From the NCBI GenBank assembly GCA_963762195.1, contig CAVXJX010000015.1, positions 5,479 through 69,478 on the forward strand: a stretch of DNA of 64,000 nt, given 5' to 3'. This DNA comes from an uncultured Solirubrobacterales bacterium (GTDB taxonomy: Bacteria; Actinomycetota; Thermoleophilia; Solirubrobacterales; JBBDJG01). Under the pieces are notes generated by a model. It was not told where the DNA came from. It saw nothing but the letters and a program-made list of their open reading frames with translations, and did no database searches. Numbering within the stretch: position 1 is the first letter of the stretch; every line of letters begins with the position of its first letter. Below, in pieces: positions 1-9,263 of the stretch. The position numbers and the translations under genes were made by a program.

Positions 1-37
1 CGAGTGCGGGCGGCATCGAGCTAGCGTAGCGGCCGGT

Positions 38-814
38 TTACGTCTGGCAGGTGGGGCACCAGTACGTCATCCGGTTCTCGTCCCACTGCCCGCGGACCCG
101 GATCTCCCTGCCGCAGCGGCGGCATCGCTTCCCGCCCTGCTCGAACACCTCTCCCCCGGACAGCCGTCCGCCGTGTCGGACCTCGCGGCGCATCATGTCG
201 CGCGCGGTGCGCACCACCCGCTCGAGGTCCTCGTCGCTCACGTCGGACATCGGGCGCCAGGGGTCGATCCGGCACTCGTAGAGGCTCTCGTTCTTCCAGA
301 GGTTGCCGATGCCCGCGAGCGTGCGCTGGTCGAGCAGGGCGTCGGCGACCGGCCGGGTCGGGTCGTCAGAGCGGAGGCGCATGAGGATCGCCGGCCAGTC
401 CAGCTCGTCGGCGAGGATGTCGGGTCCCAGCCGCCGCAGGTACGGGTCGTATCCCAGCCGGCTGTCCCTGATCAGCTCGAGGATCGGGCCCCTGAACTGA
501 ACGACCGTGTGGGTCGCCGTCTCCAGAACGAGCCACGCGGCGCGCGCGCGGCGCCCGACGTCGAACGGCCGCTCGAAGATCCGCCAGCGCCCGGACATCC
601 GCAGATGGGAGTGGATCGTGAGGCCGTTGTCCCAGCGCAGGAAGAGGTGCTTGCCGTGGGTGTCGATCGAACGGACGGAGGATCCGGCAAGTTTCTCGGG
701 CCACCGGTCAAGCGCGTGCCGGCGCTGCGGAGTCTCGATCTTTTCCAGCGGTTTCTCGACGAGTACGGGGCGCAGCCGACCGGCGATCGAGAGGATCGTG
801 TCTCCCTCGGGCAT
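38..814 (-). CDS. nei: Fpg/Nei family DNA glycosylase/AP lyase (endonuclease VIII-like)
   Basis: N-terminal catalytic (M)PEG, HLRMSG, H2TH motif LLDQ..AGIGNLWKNESL, C-terminal zinc finger CRRCG...YWCPTCQ; start placed at ATG 814, not the ORF-track 910. Confidence 0.9.
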   Translation of the reverse strand: MPEGDTILSIAGRLRPVLVEKPLEKIETPQRRHALDRWPEKLAGSSVRSIDTHGKHLFLRWDNGLTIHSHLRMSGRWRIFERPFDVGRRARAAWLVLETATHTVVQFRGPILELIRDSRLGYDPYLRRLGPDILADELDWPAILMRLRSDDPTRPVADALLDQRTLAGIGNLWKNESLYECRIDPWRPMSDVSDEDLERVVRTARDMMRREVRHGGRLSGGEVFEQGGKRCRRCGREIRVRGQWDENRMTYWCPTCQT

Positions 815-923
815 GAGATCGATGATAAACGTACGGTTCGGGCGCGGATCCGAAGATTTGGCTCTCCAGAGCCGTTCGGTCGAGAAACCTCGGCCGACCC
901 GTGTAACCATTTGCTGCCCTCAG

Positions 924-939
924 ACAAACATGTGTTCGA
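924..939. promoter_or_regulatory. Probable LexA (SOS) box
   Basis: acAAAC-atgt-GTTCGA resembles the actinobacterial TCGAAC-N4-GTTCGA consensus (right half exact); lies upstream of a DNA-repair gene. Confidence 0.6.
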
Positions 940-1006
940 CCTGTTAGATTCTGGGTAGCTTAGATGTAAGTTTGTTACCCTTAGCTCCAGAGGAGGCCCT
1001 ACCGAG

Positions 1007-1778
1007 ATGGCAACTACCAACTCAAATGCTTCGCGCCCGAAGCGCAGCGCCGCCGCCAAGCGTGGCCAGGCGACGCGTCGTCGGACGACCGCTGCATCGA
1101 CCAGCGCCCGCACGACCAGCAAGCGGACGACCAGCCAGCGCACCACCAGCCGCCGGCCGACCACCAACACGGCTGCTGCCCGCGCCCAGCGCAGCGCAGC
1201 GGGCAAGCGCGGTGAGGCCACTCGTCGCCGTCAGACAGCCCGCCGTCGCACCACCGCGGCTCAGCGGACCGTTCGTGCGGCCGCCTCGCAGCGGATCGCT
1301 GCCGAGACCAAGCAGGCCGAGAGTGTCCTGACTCAGGTCACCGGCGTCGCCGAGAGCGCGCTCCTGGTGCCTGTGGGCGCCGCGCTCGAGGTGCGGGACC
1401 GCGTCGTGAACGCGATCCAGCCTTGGACCAGCCGTCCCAGCGCCGAGAAGGAGCTGACCCGCGTGCGCCGCGACGTGCGCCGGTTCGAGCGCCGCGGCTC
1501 GGTTGCTCGCAACCGCGTCCTGCGCGAGCTGCGCAAGCGCCGCAACACGGCGAACCGCGAGCTGCGCAAGCGCCGCAACGACCGCGGCCCGCTTCCTGCG
1601 GCTGCAGCGCAACAGCACGCAGCGCACGATCAAGACCAACGGCAAGCACGCCCAGGCCCGGACGGCCCGGTTCCGCACGGAGCTGGAGAAGGCCGTGAAG
1701 CCGCCGGTCGACCGCGTCCAGAAGGAGCTGCAGACGCAGACGAAGCAGGCAAGGGACCGCGTGCAGCAGTTCGTCTAA
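1007..1778 (+). CDS. Arg/Thr/Ala-rich basic protein with helical C-terminal half (histone-like or HBHA/phasin-like); one frameshift near 1585
   Basis: AGAGGAGG RBS; low-complexity RRTT N-terminus, ALLVPVGAALEVRD core, 11-aa repeat NR..RELRKRRN; continues in the frame of ORF 1503..1778 to TAA. Confidence 0.6.
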
Positions 1779-1783
1779 GTCTT

Positions 1784-1878
1784 TCGGCTGCTTGCAGCCG
1801 ACCCAAGTTTCTGTCGGCCACATAGGACCCTCTGGGTCACGCCGGCAGAAAGCAACAAAGCAACCTCTCCTCCCTCAG
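1784..1878 (+). ncRNA. Candidate structured RNA (3' UTR element or sRNA)
   Basis: Hairpin TCGGCTG-CTTG-CAGCCGA; nested stem TTTCTGTCGGC/GCCGGCAGAAA enclosing GACCC-TCT-GGGTC; then unpaired (AAAGCAAC)2 and CTCTCCTCCCT. Confidence 0.4.
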
Positions 1879-1915
1879 CCGTCGGGCCCCCGTCAAAAGG
1901 GGCCCGTCGGTCTTT
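1879..1915 (+). terminator. Rho-independent terminator
   Basis: CCGTCGGGCCCC...GGGGCCCGTCGG stem followed by TCTTT, between convergent genes. Confidence 0.65.
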
Positions 1916-1929
1916 AACCCCCCAGCGGG

Positions 1930-2448
1930 TTACGCCTTGCGCCCTTCGGCTTCGTACTCCCTGAGGAAGCCTTCGAACAGGCGCTTGTGGCCCTGCTCGT
2001 CGCGCAGGATGTCGATCATCATGTCCTGCGTCACGAAGTCGAGGCCGTCGCAGAACTCGACGATCTTCTGGTAGTGGTCGATCGCTCCGTTCTCGGCCTC
2101 GATCACGCCGCGGATGACGTGCACGATGTCGGTCTGGGCCGCCGGCGGCTGGAGGTATGTCTGCTCGGCGGTGAACTCCAGGCTGCCGGGCACGACGCCG
2201 TACAGCTCCTTGATCCGCTCGCCGAACTGCTGCGCGTGCCCGAGCTCCTCCTGGATGTCCTGCTGGAGGTTCTCGACGACCTCGCGCGCTCGCACGCCGT
2301 CCGGGTTGATCGTGTTCGCGATGTAGCTCATCACGGTCTCGATCTCCATCCAGTACGCCTTCTTGAGCATCTCGATGAGCTGCTCACGTTCGTCCTTGTT
2401 CTCTTCGGCGAAGACGCCGGTCTCTCCATATCTCGTGTCTACAGCCAC
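1930..2448 (-). CDS. Ferritin-like (bacterioferritin/rubrerythrin-type) di-iron protein
   Basis: Paired E...ExxH motifs (MEIET, EELGH, EAENGA, DEQGH). Confidence 0.85.
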   Translation of the reverse strand: MAVDTRYGETGVFAEENKDEREQLIEMLKKAYWMEIETVMSYIANTINPDGVRAREVVENLQQDIQEELGHAQQFGERIKELYGVVPGSLEFTAEQTYLQPPAAQTDIVHVIRGVIEAENGAIDHYQKIVEFCDGLDFVTQDMMIDILRDEQGHKRLFEGFLREYEAEGRKA

Positions 2449-2501
2449 TTTCTGACCTCCCGCTAGAGTTGAGGCCTGCGTATTTGAAACTGATACCCAG
2501 G

Positions 2502-3643
2502 ATGCCTACACAAGAACAGATAACTGAAGCCCTGCGGACGGTGATCGACCCCGAGCTGCGGCGGTCGATCGTCGAGCTGGACATGGTCCGCTCGATCGAG
2601 ATCGGCCCGGACGGAGCCGTCAGCGTGATGGTGTCGCTGACGACGCCCGGCTGTCCCATCCGCAGCCACTTCGAGAACGCCGTCCGCAGTCAGGTCTCGG
2701 CGCTCGACGGCGTGACGTCCGTGGCCGTCGCGTTCGACGTCCTGAGCGCGGACGAGAAGGGCCAGCTCCAGCAGAAGCTCGGTCGCAACCGCCTGCCGCA
2801 GGGTGCGCTCGCCAAGGTCCGCAACGTGATCTGCGTGGCATCCGGCAAGGGCGGCGTCGGCAAGTCGACCGTGACCGCGAACCTCGCCGCAGCGCTTGCG
2901 CTCGAAGGGCCACACGGCGGGCGCGCTCGACGCGGACGTGTGGGGCTACAGCATGCCCCGCATGCTGGGCGTGCACGGCAAGCCGCGGGTCTCCGAGGCA
3001 GCGCAAGATCCTGCCGCTCGATTCCGCCGGCGGAGTGAAGGTGATGTCGATCGGGTTCTTCGTCGAGGAGGACGCCGCCGTCGTGTGGCGCGGGCCGATG
3101 CTGCACAAGGCGATCCAGCAGTTCCTCGAGGACGTCGACTGGGGCGAGCTCGACTACCTGCTGGTCGACCTGCCGCCGGGGACCGGCGACGTCTCGATGA
3201 CGCTCGCCCAGCTCCTGCCGCAGGCCAAGATCCTGCTCGTTACGACGCCGCAGCCCGCCGCCCAGAAGGTTGCGCACCGCGCGGCCGAGATGGCGACCAA
3301 GTTCGATCTCGAGATTCTCGGCGTCGTGGAGAACATGTCCGGCTTCACGACCCCGGACGGCACTCGCCACACGATCTTCGGCGAGGGCGGAGGCCAGTTG
3401 CTTGCCGACGAGATCGGGGCGCCGCTGCTCGGCAAGATCCCGCTGCAGGAGGAGCTGCGCGTGCAGGCCGACGTGGGCGTTCCCCTCGTCGCAGAGGATC
3501 CCGACGCGCCCGCGGCCCAGGCGCTGATCCACCTCGCGCGCGGCATCGTCGCCGCGACGCCTCGCGAGCTGCCGGTCGTTCAGATGCCGGCCATGGCCGC
3601 CGCCCCGGGGTTCGGCGGCAAGGAGTTGCCGGTCATCCAGTAG
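2502..3643 (+). CDS. mrp: Mrp/NBP35 (ApbC) Fe-S cluster carrier ATPase with N-terminal DUF59/MIP18 domain; frameshifted
   Basis: VIDPEL..SIV.LDMV, LTTPGCP, Walker A SGKGGVGKS, DADVWG, WRGPML, VDLPPGTGD, VENMS; split across ORFs 2469, 2896 and 3035. Confidence 0.9.
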
Positions 3644-4549
3644 CTCGCAGCGGACGGCAGCGCACCTGTCCGCGGTGCAGCGTCTTGCCGTCCTCGCCGA
3701 CGAACCGGAAGCGCGCCAGGCCGCGGCGCAGGTCGAGCCGCAGGGCGCCGAACACGTCGTCCTCGTCCCACACGAGACGCGGGTCGTTCTCGTTGCTCGA
3801 GTAGAGCCCGTGGCCGCCGGCGCCGGAGATGAGCTGCACCATGCCCTCGGTCCGCTTGAAGTGCTGCATGTTGTGGTCGTGCCCGTTGATCACCAGCACG
3901 GCGTGGTCGCGCACGGCGTTCCACAGCGGCTCGACGTCCGGGCTCGTCGCCGTGGCGTCCCGCGTTCATGAAGGGCCGGTGCCAGAAGGCGATGCGGCAC
4001 GTGCCCCGCTTCGCTCACCTGCTGCTCGGCCCAGCGGACCTGCGGCGTGCCGTTGGCGTGCCGCTCCTCGGAGTTGAGGCTCAGGAACTCCCAGCCTGCG
4101 AGCTTGAAGCTGTACCAGTGGCGGTTCTGCGGTATCCGCGGGTTGGCCTCGTCCCAGTACGGGTCGTAGCCGTCCTCGTGGCGCGGCCATTCGTGGTTGC
4201 CGGGCGTCGGTGCCGTGATCGCGTCGAAGCGGCCGTAGACGGGTCGGTAGTTGTCGTCGAACTCCTCGGCCGTTCCCTGTTCGTAGACGTCGCCGAGATA
4301 CAGCAGCCGGTCCGGCCGCGCCCGCGCGATCACGTCCGCCACTCGCTTGGCGCGATCGCCGCCGTCGCCGCCGTCACCGACGGCCCAGACCGTGGCCGTG
4401 CGCTTGCGTGCCCGACAGCGCTGGCGGGTGCGCGCACCTTCGCCGGCCGGCGAGTCGTCGTCGCCGAGCAACTGTGCAGCCGCGAGCGCGGCGGCGAGCC
4501 CCACCGCCGACACCAATACGAGCACCACGAGAATCCGGCGGCGGGTCAT
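3633..4549 (-). CDS. Secreted calcineurin-like metallophosphoesterase; frameshifted
   Basis: Signal peptide; motifs VGD, LGDVY, PGNHE, GHDHN. Confidence 0.8.
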
Positions 4550-4604
4550 CGGAGCGCGTATGGTCGCAGCGCGTCAGGCGGCTCGCGCCGCAGGGCCGCT
4601 CGGA

Positions 4605-5938
4605 TCAGCGCGCGGCTTGGAGGCTGCCGTGCGGGTTCAGCTGCGACTTGCAGCTGCGCGCTGCGCGACCGGCGACCTCGCGCCGACAACTTCCCTGCAC
4701 CGCCACGAGCATCGCCAGGCCGAACATCGCCGAGCCGGCCATCTCGAGCAGCTCCTCCGGCACGATCGTCCAGCCGTAGTGCTCGTTGAGCGCGAGCGTC
4801 GATGCCCTGGGAGAGCGACCCAGACGCCGGCGGCCAGGATGAGCAGCCGCCCGGCAAGCGACTGCGGTCCGAGCCGCTTCAGCGTGATCCACCAGGCGAC
4901 GCCGCCGGCGATCACGATCGGGATCAGCGTGGCCTGGCCCCAGACGTGGACGCGGTCCTGGACCGCCTCGTGCAGGGCGGTCATCTCGTCGATGCCGAGG
5001 AACGCAAAGACCCCTGCCAGCACGAGCCACCAGCGCGCGGTCGGCGAGTGTTGGGACAGCGCACGCACGCCGTTCAGCAGGGCCAGCGCGCCGGCGCCGA
5101 GCAGCAGGAACCCCGAGAAGGTCGCCGGGAACGTCTGCTCCTTGTTCAGGTCGAAGACGCGCAGCGTCACCGCCGCCCGGGTAGACGATCGATCCGAGGA
5201 TGCCGAACACGATCGTCGAGGGCCGCGATGCCGATCAGGAGCTTGCGCATGTCCAGGCGCGACACGACGCTCGAGACGCGATCGCCAGGTCCTGCTCGCG
5301 CAGGTCGGTGACGGGTGAGCGGGCCAGCGAGAGCTCGCGGGCGTACTGGTAGAGGCCGAGCAGCATCAGCGCGGCGGCCGCCATCTCGAGCAGCTCGCCG
5401 GCGGGCAGCGCGCTCGCGCGGCCGGTGCGCGCCGCGTCGAAGAGGCCCGGCGACCAGCCAGCCGCGCGACGCCCGACGGCGAAGGTCATGCGCGCGCAGG
5501 CGGTGGTCGCCATCATGGCGCGCAGCACCTCGACCCAGACGACCGTCGCCATCGCCAGGAACGGCAGATACGCCACGTTCCAGCTGACGTCCTCGTGGCG
5601 CTGGATCCAGGTGTGGAAGCCGAGGAACTCCTCGACGCGCGAAGAACAGCGAGCACGACGCCGGCGAGGCGCCACCAGGCGACGCCCGTGCGCGGGCTTC
5701 ATCGCGCTGGATCGCGAAGGCCAGCACGCCGGCGCCGGCCAGGAACAGTGCGATCACGACGGCCGGGAAGCTGTTGCGCACGGCCGGGTCGGAGTCCTCG
5801 AGCTGGAAGGCGACCAGCGAGTCGAGCGCGTGCCGGTACACGAGGTCCAGCACCGCGAACGACGCGATCACGCGCAGCCAGGACGAAGAAGACGTGCCGG
5901 GCCTGGAACCGGCGGGCAAGCTGGAGTGGCCAAGTCAC
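4605..5938 (-). CDS. Multi-pass membrane protein(s) of unknown function; heavily frameshifted
   Basis: Hydrophobic segments in ORFs 5167..5919, 5235..5702 and 4637..5170; two similar halves (EE..GFH / DE..ALH; ELLEM) suggest an internal duplication or two paralogues; boundaries approximate. Confidence 0.45.
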
Positions 5939-6035
5939 TCATTCCGTTGAGACTGGGTCGAGGGTCGACGGGAAAATCACCTTAGATCAGTCGGCGCCAG
6001 CGCGCCAGCGCTTTAGGCCGCGGTCGCGCTAACCG

Positions 6036-6302
6036 CTAGGCGCTCTTGGCGAAGTACTCGGCGTTGATCTGGATGTACTTGTCCCACTCCGAGGGGAGCT
6101 GGTCCTCGGCGAAGCAGGCGTCGACGGGGCATGCCTCGACGCATGCGTCGCAGTCGATGCACTCCTCCGGGTCGATGTGGAGCATCTCGACGGCCTCGTA
6201 GTCGGGCTCGTCGGGAGTGGGATGGATGCAATCGACGGGACAGACCTCCACGCAGGAGTTGTCCTTGGTCCCGATGCAGGGCTCGGCGATGACGTAGGTC
6301 AT
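6036..6302 (-). CDS. fdxA: Ferredoxin (7Fe/dicluster FdxA type)
   Basis: MTYVIAEPC..KD.SCVEVCPVDCIH and CIDCDACVEACPV. Confidence 0.93.
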   Translation of the reverse strand: MTYVIAEPCIGTKDNSCVEVCPVDCIHPTPDEPDYEAVEMLHIDPEECIDCDACVEACPVDACFAEDQLPSEWDKYIQINAEYFAKSA

Positions 6303-6455
6303 GTGCTCTCTTTCGAAGCCGGGTTCGTTGCTACTGAGGAGACTGCCGTCCGGTGGACGGGCGCATATTCTTGCGAATCCAGGGGTCGGGCGTTTGTGGA
6401 GGCCCGGACCTAGAGACATTCGCAACTTTCACGATGAACCCCGGATGATCCCGAG

Positions 6456-7368
6456 ATGATCGTTCTGACCGGAGCCACGGGCGTCGTGGGCTCGGCTCTC
6501 CTGCGGCGCCTGCTGGCGCAGGGCGAGCAGGTTCGCGTCCTGGTGCGGGATCCGCGCCGGCTCGGTCCCGACCGGGTGCAGGGTGCAGATCACGCTCGGG
6601 GACCTCTCGAACCCGGTCGCGCTGCGCCAGCTGGTGCGCGGGGCGCGCGAGGTCGTCCACCTGGCGGCGACGATCCGCGATCAGCCCGGCGGCAGCATCG
6701 AGGAGCTCAACGGCGTGGCCACCGCCCGCCTGCTGCGCCATGCCGAGGCGGCCGGCGTCGAGCGCTTCCTGTTCTTCGGGGCGATGGGCGCCACGCCCAG
6801 CTCGCGCACGCGCTTCTTCCGCGCCAAGGCGCTGGCCGAGCAGGCGGTGATGGAGTCGCCCATGAACGCCACCGTGATGTCCCCTTCGATCGTGTACGAG
6901 CCCGGCGACCGGTGGGTGACCCTGCTGCGGCGGATGTCGCTGCTGCCCGTGATGCCGATCGCCGGGAGCGGCCGCGCGTCCTACCAGCCGATCTGGGCGG
7001 AGGACGTGGCGGCCTGCGCCCTCAAGGTCCTGCGCGAGGGCGCGCCGGGCGGGGCCCGCCGGCTCGAGCTGGCCGGGCCCGAGGTGCTCACCTACGAGGA
7101 GATCGTGCGGCTCGCCCTGTCGGCCTGGGGCCGGGACCGCCGGCTCGTGCACGTGCCGCTGTGGATGGTGCAGCGCAGCCTGCGCCTGCTCGAGCGGATG
7201 TTCGGGCCGACGGTGTTCGCCACCTGGGAGGAGGCGGAGCTGATGGAGGTGCCGATGGTGACGGCGGCCGGCACGCGGGACGCTCGCAGCCTCGGCGTCG
7301 AGCCGAAGCCGATGGCGGAGGTGCTGGGCTCGCGGCTACGTGCAGCCGCTGGTGCGGCAGCCGCCTAG
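6456..7368 (+). CDS. NAD(P)-binding atypical SDR/epimerase (NDUFA9-like); frameshift near 6580
   Basis: GATGVVG Rossmann motif, VVHLAA, QPIWAEDVA, ELAGPEVLTY. Confidence 0.85.
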
Positions 7369-7372
7369 GCGC

Positions 7373-7822
7373 TCAGCCGCCGCGCTGGTGGAAGTAGAAC
7401 TCGGGGAAGACGGCCTTGGCGACGTCGGCGGTCATCTGCCGGGCCACCTCGAGGTTGCCGGTGCGGACCGCGATGTCGTCCAGCGTCACGATGCCCACGA
7501 GGTCGCCGCCGTCCATCACCGGCAGCCTGCGGATGCGATGGCCGACCATCAGGCCCGCCGCCTCCTCGAGCGCCATGTCGGCCTCGCCGGTCACGACGGG
7601 CGCCGTCGCGCACTCCTCGGCGTGCGCACCGGTGTCGCTGCGGCCGGCGAGCACGGTGATCGTGAGGTCGCGGTCGGTGACCATGCCCACCGGCTTGCCC
7701 GCCTCGTCGGCGAGCACGACCGAGCCGACGTTGCGGTCGCGCATCAGCTCTGCCACCTGATGCACCGGCGTCGCCGGCGAGGCCGTCACCACGTGCTCGG
7801 TCATGATGTCGCGCAGGAGCAC
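7373..7822 (-). CDS. CBS domain pair protein
   Basis: LMRDRNVGSVV, GMVTDRDL, IRRLPV, GIVTLDDI; start approximate. Confidence 0.88.
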   Translation of the reverse strand: MLLRDIMTEHVVTASPATPVHQVAELMRDRNVGSVVLADEAGKPVGMVTDRDLTITVLAGRSDTGAHAEECATAPVVTGEADMALEEAAGLMVGHRIRRLPVMDGGDLVGIVTLDDIAVRTGNLEVARQMTADVAKAVFPEFYFHQRGG

Positions 7823-7855
7823 GGTGAATAGGTACCACACATAGAATCCCGCCGC

Positions 7856-8044
7856 GTGGCTCCCCTCACTCCCGCCCAGGAGCGCACCCGTGCGCGCGTC
7901 GAGACCGTCATCGGGTTGATGGCGCCCGCGCTGACGCTGGTGCTCGCGGCCGGCGACCGGCTCTCACGGATCGTGGCCCCCGAGGACCACGAGTACTACC
8001 CGGTCCGGCCGATGTCCGAGGAAGACCAAGCCTCGCCGCGGTAG
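7856..8044 (+). CDS. Small hypothetical protein (62 aa)
   Basis: GC-biased codon usage; fills the gap before the 8061 gene. Confidence 0.55.
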   Translation: MAPLTPAQERTRARVETVIGLMAPALTLVLAAGDRLSRIVAPEDHEYYPVRPMSEEDQASPR

Positions 8045-8060
8045 TCGCCGCCGCAGCGCG

Positions 8061-8899
8061 ATGTCCCCCGAACAGCTCTCCCAGGAACGCAGGCGCGGCC
8101 TGTTCGCGGCCGTCGCCGCGATCGTGTCCGGCCTTGCGTTCGTGTCCGGCGCGATCTGGTACCAGGCCGTCAACGCCGACGCCCCGGACGGCAACGACGA
8201 GGACGCCGCACGTCCTGCGCTACTTCGACCGCACACGGCAGCGAGTACCTCGGCTGCCTCGATCCTCCAGGCCTTCGGGATCGCGCTCCTGGTGGTGGTC
8301 GCGGTCCACCTCTACCGCGCCGCCAAGGACCGCAACCCCGACCAGCCGGCGCTCGTGCTGGTCGTCGGCGTGCTTCGGGCCCGCTCGCGTTCGCGGCCAG
8401 CACGCTGATCCGCGCCGTGACCTACACGATCCTGGCCGACGACTTCGCCGGCCGCGCGGTCCAGACGGAGGCGGCCGCCGACGACCTGCTCGACACCCCG
8501 GCCCTCGACATCGCGAACGGGCTCGGTCTCACCGGGGTGCTGGCGCTCGGGTTCTGGCTCGTCAAGGGATCGCTCGACGCGATGCGCATCGGGCTGCTGA
8601 CGCGGTTCATGGGAATCATGGGGATCGCCCTCGGGCCGGCGCTCGTGCTCGGCTTCGGGCTGCTGGTGATGCCGCTGTGGCTCGTCGCGCTGGGGGTCCT
8701 GTTCCTCGGCCGCTGGCCGCGCGGCATGCCGCCTGCGTGGGTCACCGGCAGGGCGGAGCCGTGGCAGAGCGGCGCGAGTGCGCCGGACGAGAGCCGCAGG
8801 AAGCCGACCGCGGCGGGGATCGCAACGGCGAGGTGGATGCGATCGGGCGCGGCGTGCGCAAGCGGTGCCGGCTACGAGTGCGAGCCGCACGACGAATAG
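8061..8899 (+). CDS. Integral membrane protein (DUF4386-like); frameshifted
   Basis: About 6 hydrophobic helices across ORFs 8061..8408 and 8417..8899. Confidence 0.55.
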
Positions 8900-8910
8900 G
8901 CGCACGGCGA

Positions 8911-8980
8911 TCGGCCCCGGGCACGGAGGCACCCGGGGCCGATCACGCGGTCGCGTGACGCGAACGGCGTTACGCGTCAC
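8911..8980. terminator. Hairpins between the convergent membrane gene and MGYRH copy 1
   Basis: CGGCCCCGGG...CCCGGGGCCG (about 8911-8941) and GTGACGCG...CGCGTCAC (8955-8980). Confidence 0.5.
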
Positions 8981-8993
8981 CCGCAGTGTAGAA

Positions 8994-9011
8994 CTAGTGG
9001 CGGTAGCCCAT
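8994..9011 (-). CDS. Pentapeptide MGYRH, copy 1 (MxYxH biarylitide-precursor-like micro-gene)
   Basis: ATG GGC TAC CGC CAC TAG; G7 RBS 5 nt upstream; own ECF-type promoter; duplicated with one synonymous change. Confidence 0.7.
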   Translation of the reverse strand: MGYRH

Positions 9012-9049
9012 GCACACCCCCCCGATAGAACGAAGCGGACGGACGACTA

Positions 9050-9085
9050 CGACCACCAGACGGGGACCGGCGAGGCGATCTTCCC
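9050..9085 (-). promoter_or_regulatory. ECF sigma-type promoter, copy 1
   Basis: GGAAGA (9084-9079) - 16 nt - CGTCT (9062-9058), then GGTGGTCGTA. Confidence 0.7.
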
Positions 9086-9102
9086 CCTGCAAGAAAGCCC
9101 CC

Positions 9103-9136
9103 AACGAAAGAGGGGCCGCGCCGGCCCCTTTTCGTT
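9103..9136. terminator. Strong hairpin/terminator downstream of MGYRH copy 2
   Basis: AACGAAAGAGGGGCCG-CGC-CGGCCCCTTTTCGTT, near-perfect inverted repeat. Confidence 0.75.
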
Positions 9137-9170
9137 TCAAGTCTCTGTGTGTTTCGTATCTAGTGCGGTT

Positions 9171-9188
9171 CTAGTGCCGGTAGCCCAT
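9171..9188 (-). CDS. Pentapeptide MGYRH, copy 2 (MxYxH biarylitide-precursor-like micro-gene)
   Basis: ATG GGC TAC CGG CAC TAG; GGGGG RBS 5 nt upstream; own promoter and terminator. Confidence 0.7.
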   Translation of the reverse strand: MGYRH

Positions 9189-9214
9189 TGTGTCCCCCGT
9201 GTGATCGTTGCTTA

Positions 9215-9250
9215 CGACCACCAGACGGGGGAGCGGCCGGTTTTCTTCCC
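9215..9250 (-). promoter_or_regulatory. ECF sigma-type promoter, copy 2
   Basis: GGAAGA (9249-9244) - 16 nt - CGTCT (9227-9223), then GGTGGTCGTA. Confidence 0.7.
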
Positions 9251-9263
9251 TCCAGGGAAAACT

